Positions 9,573 to 15,481 of a DNA stretch of 64,000 nt are shown here, one piece after another. The number at the start of each line of letters is the position of its first letter. Position 1 is the first letter of the stretch. The DNA is taken from positions 62,001 through 126,000 of the IMG/VR virus record IMGVR_UViG_3300045051_000720; one strand, given 5' to 3'. Position numbers and translations under genes: made by a program. A model generated the notes under the pieces. It made no database searches, was not told the DNA's origin, and saw only the letters and a program-made list of their open reading frames with translations.

Positions 9573-9665
9573 TGGCGCGAACGGCAGGATTCTCACCCAC
9601 ATCAGGGCCGAGCGGCCCTTCACCTGCGTTCGAAGCGCAGTTGACGCTATTATGTCGGCGTTCGC
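9573..9665 (-). tRNA. tRNA-Arg(TCG), long variable arm
   Basis: CTGCG-CTTCGAA-CGCAG arm, GCCA end. Confidence 0.8.
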
Positions 9666-9666
9666 A

Positions 9667-9755
9667 TGGTCTCGACGGCGAGAGTTGCACTCGCAGATTG
9701 GCTTGCGCCAGACGGTTTAGAGGACCGTTGCCTTGTCTACCCGAGCCCCGTCGAG
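9667..9755 (-). tRNA. tRNA-Arg(TCT), long variable arm
   Basis: ACGGT-CCTCTAA-ACCGT arm, ACCA end. Confidence 0.75.
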
Positions 9756-9760
9756 GGAAA

Positions 9761-9837
9761 TGGCGCGAGACCGGGGATTCAAACCCCGACTGATCCTCGT
9801 TCGCAACGAGGGCGACTATTCGGTTGCCGAGTCTCGC
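9761..9837 (-). tRNA. tRNA-Arg(GCG)
   Basis: CCTCG-TTGCGAA-CGAGG arm, GCCA end. Confidence 0.82.
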
Positions 9838-9932
9838 AAAGAGATTGCACCGTCCCCAGTCGATGCGTCGCTGGGGAGCAGGACACCAGTAGGACATCGC
9901 ATTAGTCCACCCGGAGATTCCACGGTGCAAAT

Positions 9933-10007
9933 TGGGGCGCACGACCGGATCTACCCCGGCCCTCCAAGCGTCACAGGCTCGGGTGCTTCTACTACACTAC
10001 GTGCGCC
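9933..10007 (-). tRNA. tRNA-His(GTG)
   Basis: G-1:C73 pair, CTGTGAC loop. Confidence 0.85.
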
Positions 10008-10013
10008 ATAAGG

Positions 10014-10089
10014 TGGAGCTTCAGTAGGGGTTCTCACCCTCCTCTCTCGGATACAAGCCGAGGCCATCGAATGTCTATGGGTCTGAAGC
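10014..10089 (-). tRNA. tRNA-Thr(TGT)
   Basis: CTCGG-CTTGTAT-CCGAG arm, CCA end. Confidence 0.82.
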
Positions 10090-10093
10090 GAAA

Positions 10094-10167
10094 TGGAGCC
10101 GAGGACCGGTAACGCTCCGGTGTCTATCGTTTACGAAACGATGGCTCTGCTTTTGAGCTACCAAGGC
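10094..10167 (-). tRNA. tRNA-Thr(CGT)
   Basis: ATCGT-TTCGTAA-ACGAT arm, CCA end. Confidence 0.85.
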
Positions 10168-10171
10168 AAAG

Positions 10172-10247
10172 TGGTGGTCCCGGGAGAGCAACGATCCTCC
10201 ACGTCACGCCTATAAAGCGCGCAGTCTGCCGATTAACTTACAGGACC
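10172..10247 (-). tRNA. tRNA-Ile(TAT)
   Basis: CGCGC-TTTATAG-GCGTG arm, ACCA end. Confidence 0.78.
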
Positions 10248-10361
10248 AAAAGGAGGGCATCGGAATCATCTCGGCGCGCAGTGTGCACCTTACGATCCGT
10301 CAGCCCTATAGGTGGTTTGTTTACGAGACGGTGCGTTTAACGACACAGGGCGCAAACGAAA

Positions 10362-10481
10362 TGGTTCCACGGCTCAGGTCGATCAACCCCACCTTTGGCC
10401 AGCCACCTCAGCGAGGTTTGGTAGCTCGTTAGGCCCTTCGCTTCTGACGCCTCCAGTTGGATTGCCCTCAGTGACCGTGAA
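10362..10481 (-). ncRNA. Oversized tRNA-like RNA (120 nt)
   Basis: TTCACGG/CCGTGGA acceptor-like stem plus ACCA; internal arms non-canonical. Confidence 0.45.
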
Positions 10482-10484
10482 AGA

Positions 10485-10570
10485 TGGTGGGCGTGGAGGG
10501 ATGCGAGCCCTCAAGGACAACGGAATTTGAACCCGTCGCTTCTACCAGTTTCGCTTTCGTCCACACGCCC
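10485..10570 (-). tRNA. tRNA-Leu(CAA), atypical architecture
   Basis: ACGGG-TTCAAAT-TCCGT arm; extra GGACG/TGTCC pairing. Confidence 0.8.
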
Positions 10571-10572
10571 GA

Positions 10573-10655
10573 TCGGCATGGTGGGATTCGGACCCACAGG
10601 GGATAGCGCATTTTAAGTGCGCCGGTTGTCGCCAGTTTCCCTTATCCACATGCCG
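10573..10655 (-). tRNA. tRNA-Leu(TAA), atypical architecture
   Basis: GCGCA-CTTAAAA-TGCGC arm; extra GGATA/TATCC pairing; CCA not encoded. Confidence 0.8.
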
Positions 10656-10661
10656 GTAAGA

Positions 10662-10736
10662 TGGTGGGACCATGGAGCCAACGCACTCCAATCTCCGCGC
10701 TGAGAACGCGGCGAACTACTCTTATTCGATGATCCC
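10662..10736 (-). tRNA. tRNA-Glu(CTC)
   Basis: CCGCG-TTCTCAG-CGCGG arm, ACCA end. Confidence 0.82.
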
Positions 10737-10737
10737 G

Positions 10738-10820
10738 TAGGCGTGGAGAGATTCGGACTCTCAAGGACACGTGATCCTAAGTCACGCGGTTCTGCCAATT
10801 TCCCTTCCGTCCACACGCCC
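10738..10820 (-). tRNA. tRNA-Leu(TAG), atypical architecture
   Basis: CGTGA-CTTAGGA-TCACG arm; extra GGACG/TGTCC pairing. Confidence 0.8.
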
Positions 10821-10826
10821 ATAAAA

Positions 10827-10917
10827 TGGTGGCCTCGGGGGGAGTCGGACCCCCACGCTACTATGATTTCGCTCGCGAATCTCATTCGCGCATGTCTACC
10901 AGTTCCATCACGAGGCC
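10827..10917 (-). tRNA. tRNA-Leu(GAG)
   Basis: Class II cloverleaf, ATGAGAT loop, ACCA end. Confidence 0.85.
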
Positions 10918-10994
10918 GAGGTCCCAGTCGGAGTTGCACCGACCCTGTTCGTCATTACCAATGACGCGCCGTGGCTACACTCGGCATTGGGACC
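10918..10994 (-). tRNA. tRNA-Thr(GGT)
   Basis: CGTCA-TTGGTAA-TGACG arm. Confidence 0.82.
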
Positions 10995-10999
10995 ATAAA

Positions 11000-11076
11000 T
11001 GGGGGCTCAGGTCAGATTTGCACTGACGACCGTCTCCGTATGGGGGAGCCGCGCTAGCTAGCTGCGCCACTGAGCC
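11000..11076 (-). tRNA. tRNA-Met(CAT) elongator (Ile2 not excluded)
   Basis: CTCC-CCCATAC-GGAG arm, CCA end. Confidence 0.72.
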
Positions 11077-11077
11077 G

Positions 11078-11153
11078 TGGTGGTCCCGTCGAGATTCGCA
11101 CTCGCCTCATCCGATTAAGAGTCGGAGTCCTCGCCTATCTAGGAGTCGAGACC
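11078..11153 (-). tRNA. tRNA-Lys(CTT)
   Basis: TCCGA-CTCTTAA-TCGGA arm, ACCA end. Confidence 0.87.
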
Positions 11154-11161
11154 GTAAAGTA

Positions 11162-11452
11162 TTCAACCGCGTAGCCGCGTTTCTGTTGCCGGGCCATCCC
11201 GACCGACATCCATTTCTCTCACCCACGGTCACCCGTGAACGGGTATCGTTTATAGACACCTGCACCAACCACGCCCTGCTTGACGGCCAGAACTAGCCTC
11301 GGGCTCCATTTGGCTTGCTGGTATCGTGTGGTTATCGCGAGTGTCTACCGACGTAACATCGTCGGGACTGCTCTCCCATCGACTTCTGTCCAGACGCGAA
11401 CTTGACCTCTACGCACGCATCGAGTGCGCGGCAGCGGATGTCTGCGGTTGAA
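11162..11452 (-). ncRNA. rnpB: RNase P RNA (compact, ~290 nt)
   Basis: P1 TTCAACCGC/GCGGTTGAA; P2 GACATCC/GGATGTC; CR-I GAGGTCAAGTTCGCGT pairing with CR-V AACAGAAACGCGGCTA (P4); CAGCAAGCCAAAT; GAGAGAAATG. Confidence 0.85.
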
Positions 11453-11455
11453 AGA

Positions 11456-11530
11456 TGGTGGAGGTACCGAGTGCCGCCCTCGGGCTTGAGTCATGCCATG
11501 ACCCTGTGCTGCTGTTATCACTATACCCCC
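11456..11530 (-). tRNA. tRNA-Ala(GGC)
   Basis: G3:U70 pair, ATGGCAT loop, ACCA end. Confidence 0.87.
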
Positions 11531-11604
11531 GCTGCCTCGGAGCGAATTGCACGCCCACCTAACACCTTCAGAGGGTGTCGGACTAGCTGTTATCCCACGA
11601 GGCA
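11531..11604 (-). tRNA. tRNA-Gln(CTG)
   Basis: U1-A72, ACACC-CTCTGAA-GGTGT arm. Confidence 0.85.
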
Positions 11605-11638
11605 AAAGTGATAGGGGTGACAAAACTGACCCGTCATT

Positions 11639-11709
11639 GGGTCAGTAGTGTAGTGGTAGCACGTCCGCCTGACTGGCGGGGGGCGCGGGTTCAAATCCCG
11701 TCTGATCCA
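11639..11709 (+). tRNA. tRNA-Val(GAC), inverted relative to the array
   Basis: Canonical GTGT-AGTGGTA-GCAC D arm and GGTTCAAATCC T loop on the + strand. Confidence 0.72.
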
Positions 11710-11715
11710 TTTAAT

Positions 11716-11791
11716 TGGCTGCCCACCACGGATGACAGCCGTGACCCTCGCCTTCAAAGGGCGGTATGCTTGACGTTTACATCAATGGGCA
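11716..11791 (-). tRNA. tRNA-Gln(TTG)
   Basis: CTTTGAA loop, GCCA end. Confidence 0.82.
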
Positions 11792-11798
11792 ATGAGAG

Positions 11799-11876
11799 TG
11801 GTCGGCGTGGAGGGATTCGCACCCCCGATCCTTCGCTTCCGGAGCGAGCATGTTGGCTAGGCTACACCACACGCCG
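11799..11876 (-). tRNA. tRNA-Pro(CGG)
   Basis: C1-G72, TCCGGAA loop, ACCA end. Confidence 0.85.
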
Positions 11877-11977
11877 ATATTGCGGGCCGGTTATCCATCC
11901 GGCGGCACCCGGCTTGATGGTGAGCAAGACGGAGACTCTGGAATTGGCGTGATTTTATGGCTCACGCCGCCGCAAAA

Positions 11978-12055
11978 TGGTCCTCGCGGCAGGCTTCGCT
12001 CCTGCGGCCTTCTGCATGTCGTGCAGCCGCTCTAACTGGGCTGAGCTACGCGAGG
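11978..12055 (-). tRNA. tRNA-Val(GAC)
   Basis: CTGC-ACGACAT-GCAG arm, ACCA end. Confidence 0.82.
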
Positions 12056-12060
12056 GAAAG

Positions 12061-12138
12061 TGGTCGGGCCAGTTGGATTCGCACCAACGATCTCATGCTC
12101 CCCGAGCATGCGCGATGACTAGGCTACGCTATGACCCG
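12061..12138 (-). tRNA. tRNA-Pro(GGG)
   Basis: CATGC-TCGGGGA-GCATG arm, ACCA end. Confidence 0.87.
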
Positions 12139-12237
12139 ATTGGCAGATACCGTCTGTTACTCCCACCGTGGTGTCCCGTCTGCCGCGGGGCTTTAGGTGG
12201 TGTTTGGGTAATCCAAACGTCTCGTGAACGGCTAAGA

Positions 12238-12336
12238 TGGCTGTACCGGTAGGAGCCGCCCCTACACCGCCGCAGGTCATGCGTACGGGCTCGCTTAACA
12301 GGCGAGTGCAACGAACGTGCTATTTGCCTCGGTACA
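12238..12336 (-). tRNA. tRNA-Asn(GTT), long variable arm
   Basis: CTCGC-CTGTTAA-GCGAG arm, GCCA end, 99 nt. Confidence 0.78.
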
Positions 12337-12342
12337 ATAAAA

Positions 12343-12418
12343 TGGTCGTCGCTGAGGGACTCGCACCCCCGAACCTCTGCGTGTAGGGCAGGTACCGTAG
12401 CTGCTGGGTCAAGCGACG
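12343..12418 (-). tRNA. tRNA-Val(TAC)
   Basis: CCTACAC loop, ACCA end. Confidence 0.82.
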
Positions 12419-12422
12419 AAAG

Positions 12423-12499
12423 TGGCGCGATAGATGGGTGCTGCCCCCACTTGTCTCGGCATAGACAGTGCCGCGAGCATGCTGTTGCTCTTCTACCGC
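12423..12499 (-). tRNA. tRNA-Asp(GTC)
   Basis: CGGCA-CTGTCTA-TGCCG arm, GCCA end. Confidence 0.85.
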
Positions 12500-12501
12500 G
12501 T

Positions 12502-12573
12502 ACGGATGGAGGGACTCGCACCCCCGTTATGTCCGGTCCCAAACCGGAAGCCATTGCTGCTAGGCGACATCCG
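12502..12573 (-). tRNA. tRNA-Pro(TGG)
   Basis: TCCGG-TTTGGGA-CCGGA arm. Confidence 0.8.
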
Positions 12574-12580
12574 TGTGAAA

Positions 12581-12653
12581 TGGATGCAGGGCCGAGGAAT
12601 CGCACCCGGTCAGGGCGACGGGTATGAACCGCGCTTGGTCTAACCTCCCTGCG
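12581..12653 (-). tRNA. Initiator-like tRNA-fMet(CAT) with reduced D arm
   Basis: C1:A72 mismatch, TTCATAC loop, CCA end. Confidence 0.7.
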
Positions 12654-12660
12654 TAAAGTG

Positions 12661-12810
12661 TTCCCTTTGTAGGCGTGCTCCAACGCCTCGTTGTTTGTCA
12701 AAATGGCCGGTGCTCTACCGTTGAGCTAGCATCCTCCTTGCGAAGGACCGCAGGTGTCGAACCTGTATCTCCGGCAAGTGTTACCTTGCGGGCTTTTGAC
12801 CTCTAGGGAA
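12661..12810 (-). ncRNA. YrlA-like Y RNA (circularly permuted tRNA-mimic domain on a long stem)
   Basis: T arm (CAGGTTCGACACCTG), then closed acceptor stem, then D arm (GCTCAACGGTAGAGC), enclosed by GCCGG/CCGGC, GTCAAAA/TTTTGAC and TTCCCT/AGGGAA stems. Confidence 0.72.
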
Positions 12811-12812
12811 AG

Positions 12813-12885
12813 TGGTGGAGCCCCGGGCATCGCAGCCCAACGACAGCCGGATTTTCAGTCCAGCCCGTGCACTCGCACTGACTCC
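12813..12885 (-). tRNA. tRNA-Phe(GAA)
   Basis: CTGGA-CTGAAAA-TCCGG arm, ACCA end; short D arm. Confidence 0.72.
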
Positions 12886-12943
12886 GGAGCCATCGTTAGG
12901 TCCGCCGATGGCGCAGGCGGTCTCGGGTTATTGACGAGGAAGA

Positions 12944-13020
12944 TGGGACGGACGGTGGGTAGCGCGCCCACATGAAGCCGGATTTGGAGTTCGGTGCCTT
13001 ACTTGTCGAGCCACGTCCGT
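12944..13020 (-). tRNA. tRNA-Trp(CCA)
   Basis: CTCCAAA loop, CCA end. Confidence 0.8.
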
Positions 13021-13195
13021 ATGAAAAGGTGGAGCGAAGAGATGGTCATTTATTCACCGGGCTGGGACCAATCCACGAGGTGCCCGATCCAGATGTCTCC
13101 TGCCTCGCTCCGTTTGGAGACCAACGAGTGATGTGGTGTCAGGTTCCTGTAGGCTTCACTGACACCGACCCGCGGCGTGAACCGCGAGGTGAAGA

Positions 13196-13269
13196 TGGTG
13201 GTCAAGTCGGGTGCTGCCCCCGCGTCTAACGGTTATCGACCGTTGGCTCTACTGTTGAGCTACATGACC
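13196..13269 (-). tRNA. tRNA-Ile(GAT)
   Basis: AACGG-TCGATAA-CCGTT arm, ACCA end. Confidence 0.87.
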
Positions 13270-13399
13270 AAAATTGCTGTCGCGGTCAACCCGCGTTTCG
13301 GCTCAGCTTGGCCGTTTGCAAAATGGCGACTACGTTAACCAGTCTTGACCGGAGGCGTGCTTGCGGGCGCGTCGTAGCCCGTTGGGTATTAGCCCAAAG

Positions 13400-13491
13400 T
13401 GGTGGACCCGGAGGGAGTTGCACCCCCGACGCCCCGTTAGGGGTCCAGATTTACAGTCTGGTGCAGCCATCTGACAGCTACCTCGTGGTCC
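13400..13491 (-). tRNA. tRNA-Tyr(GTA)
   Basis: CCAGA-CTGTAAA-TCTGG arm, long variable arm, ACCA end. Confidence 0.85.
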
Positions 13492-13497
13492 GAAAAA

Positions 13498-13572
13498 TGG
13501 AGCGTCGTGCGGGACTCCCACCCGCGTGTGTCTGCTTGGAAGGCAGATGCCTTGGTTCTCGGCCAACGACGC
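13498..13572 (-). tRNA. tRNA-Gly(TCC)
   Basis: TCTGC-CTTCCAA-GCAGA arm, TCCA end. Confidence 0.87.
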
Positions 13573-13632
13573 ATGGGGTTTATCGCCACCGCGGAGCGGC
13601 TGATTGGTTACAGCGGGGTGGAAGCCCCAAGA

Positions 13633-13707
13633 TGGTGGAGTCAACGAGATCCGCCCTCGTATGTCACGGATGCAAACCGTGTGCCTTTCTATGTCGGCCA
13701 TGACCCC
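13633..13707 (-). tRNA. tRNA-Ala(TGC)
   Basis: G3:U70, CACGG-TTTGCAT-CCGTG arm. Confidence 0.87.
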
Positions 13708-13709
13708 AT

Positions 13710-13781
13710 TGGACCCGGCGAGTGCCGCCCTCGCGCCTCCGCGTTGCGAACGCAGCGTGCTACTGTTGTCACCACGAGCCC
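13710..13781 (-). tRNA. tRNA-Ala(CGC)
   Basis: G3:U70, CTGCG-TTCGCAA-CGCGG arm. Confidence 0.85.
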
Positions 13782-13786
13782 GAAAA

Positions 13787-13967
13787 GAGTGACACGATAG
13801 ACTTGTCCGGCAGTCTGGGGAGTCTTGCGGGACTCCTATGGCCTAAACCACGTCTTACGCCGCCTCTTGCCTTAACGCGCGGCCCTTTCCCTTGCGGGTA
13901 CTCAGGGGCTCATCGGCTGTGGATAGAGGACGGACTGTTGGTCCGGGTAGTATCTATCGTGTTGCCC
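13787..13967 (-). ncRNA. 6S-RNA-like rod (~180 nt)
   Basis: Closing stem ACACGATAGAT/GTCTATCGTGT, internal stems, central bubble with 3-prime hairpin GGAGTC-CCGCAA-GACTCC. Confidence 0.45.
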
Positions 13968-14053
13968 CGGTTAGGATCGACTCCGCCGAGGCGAAAAAGG
14001 ATGCCGGACCCCAGCTTTCGCTTGCGGGCGTCCCCTCGCGGGTCCGACGTAAG

Positions 14054-14129
14054 TGGAGGCGCGCCACGGTGCTGCCCCGTGCAAACAGTGTTTTGCAAAC
14101 ACGTCTCGTCGCTGGCTGAGTCGCGCGCC
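14054..14129 (-). tRNA. tRNA-Cys(GCA)
   Basis: TTGCAAA loop, U73-CCA. Confidence 0.85.
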
Positions 14130-14176
14130 ATTGAGCTAACCACGCCAAGGGGGACCAACAGGTGTCGCTCAGGAAA

Positions 14177-14252
14177 TGGTGGGTCCATCGGGCATCGATC
14201 CCGCTTCCACGGTTTAAAAGACCGCTGCTAATCCGGCTACAGCTCTGGACCC
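14177..14252 (-). tRNA. tRNA-Lys(TTT)
   Basis: GCGGT-CTTTTAA-ACCGT arm, ACCA end. Confidence 0.85.
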
Positions 14253-14254
14253 AT

Positions 14255-14326
14255 TGCGGGTAGGGAGACTTGCGCTCCCCTCTCAGCCTTGGCAAAGCCG
14301 TGCGTCGCTATCTACGCTTCACCCGC
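14255..14326 (-). tRNA. tRNA-Gly(GCC)
   Basis: CGGCT-TTGCCAA-GGCTG arm. Confidence 0.82.
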
Positions 14327-14427
14327 GAAAAGTGTCCGATGGGAGAACTGTCAAACCCCCTATGCCCTATGCGCATGGCGTCTCGTTGGTCGGACCCAAC
14401 GGCAGGTATCGATCCTGCGAACATGAC

Positions 14428-14502
14428 GGTGACCGCACCCGGATTCCCACCGGGGTTCTTCGCTGGAAAGGCGAGAGTACTGGGGTGCTATACGATGCGG
14501 CC
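14428..14502 (-). tRNA. tRNA-Glu(TTC)
   Basis: TCGC-CTTTCCA-GCGA arm. Confidence 0.82.
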
Positions 14503-14515
14503 AAAAGTGGGCTGA

Positions 14516-15118
14516 CTACGAAGCCGTCCGACCAGTCGCCGGAGTGAGAAATGACGGAACACAAGGACGGTCAGGACGATTATACCGACTCCTTGGACAG
14601 AGAGCACCTAAAGGTAGAGCCGGTGGGGTAATCTTAGGCGCGTTCTCCCTCTTCCGTTTGTGTTCTATTTGACCATGAAAGCGATCAAATCCTAGCATTC
14701 TAGCGGCTGTGATAGCAACGTGATGGTCTTGTGTCTGTCCGAGACGAAAGGAGAGATCGTTGCGATCTTCTAGTCCGAAATCTTTGACGAGCTTATCTTT
14801 TTGGGAGCTGGTCAGATACTGGAAGATAGCCCTTCGATGAATACTTCGAGGCTCTTTCACCGTTGGCTTGTTTCGGGTAGCCCTTTCTGCGCGGTGATGT
14901 GCCTCGTGACAATCCCGACACAGTACCTCCAGATCCTCCATTCGTTCGTTACCACCTACCCGTTCGTAGGTTTTGTGATGGACATCGGTGCCGTGTTCAT
15001 GACATCGATTACAAACGGGACCATAGTAAGCAATCGCCTCAGCCCGCTTGGCCTTCCAGATGGGTGACTGGAGGTATTGACGATGGAGCAATTGATTGTC
15101 GGTAAGATGCTGGGCCAC
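14516..15118 (-). CDS. HNH endonuclease
   Basis: YLQSPIWKAKR...CNRC...VHHKTY...DLEVLCRDCHEAHH. Confidence 0.88.
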   Translation of the reverse strand: MAQHLTDNQLLHRQYLQSPIWKAKRAEAIAYYGPVCNRCHEHGTDVHHKTYERVGGNERMEDLEVLCRDCHEAHHRAERATRNKPTVKEPRSIHRRAIFQYLTSSQKDKLVKDFGLEDRNDLSFRLGQTQDHHVAITAARMLGFDRFHGQIEHKRKRENAPKITPPALPLGALCPRSRYNRPDRPCVPSFLTPATGRTAS

Positions 15119-15132
15119 GGGTGATATATACC

Positions 15133-15161
15133 ATGATAGCTCGCTATCCGCCTACTGTCAA
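15133..15161 (-). promoter_or_regulatory. Internal sigma70-type promoter before the HNH gene
   Basis: TTGACA-N17-TATCAT; lacks the spacer YAAC element. Confidence 0.65.
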
Positions 15162-15403
15162 TCGCTGTAAAGTGACCATCGCGCAAGCCGGACCAATGGC
15201 CCTGTTGAACGCCTCGCGCACTCAGCTGCGATGGTAACGTCTGCATCTAGAGACCCTTGCCGCGCAATCGGGCAGGTGAGAGGAGCTTGTTAACGCCTAC
15301 AAGCGGAGATAGCATGACTTGATAGGCTCATGCGGGCCGTAGACGCAGGTTGAAGAACATGGCTTCACGCCACACTCTGGGTGTGCATCTGACCTCGACT
15401 GCG

Positions 15404-15415
15404 ATTTCAAAGACC
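15404..15415 (-). promoter_or_regulatory. boxA-like antitermination element
   Basis: GGTCTTTGAAAT just downstream of the attenuator terminator. Confidence 0.45.
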
Positions 15416-15425
15416 TGCTCTAGCT

Positions 15426-15456
15426 AACAAAAAGACCCACCTATCTGGTGGGTCTC
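15426..15456 (-). terminator. Attenuator intrinsic terminator
   Basis: AGACCCACC-AGATA-GGTGGGTCT hairpin followed by TTTTGTT. Confidence 0.88.
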
Positions 15457-15481
15457 GGAAAGGATTAGACTGGATGTCGTC

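Noticed and set aside
9667-9755. Amber suppressor reading (CTA) of the loop ...CCTCTAAA...
   Set aside because: The perfect 5-bp stem ACGGT/ACCGT centres TCT in a 7-nt loop, and the gene sits among the Arg tRNAs.
12704-12776. Permuted tRNA gene needing splicing
   Set aside because: No anticodon loop halves or bulge-helix-bulge motif; the extended enclosing stems fit a Y-RNA-type fold better.
8530-14510. ORF-track ORFs across the tRNA array (other than the phosphatase)
   Set aside because: Chance frames over GC-rich structured RNA genes, with no protein motifs.
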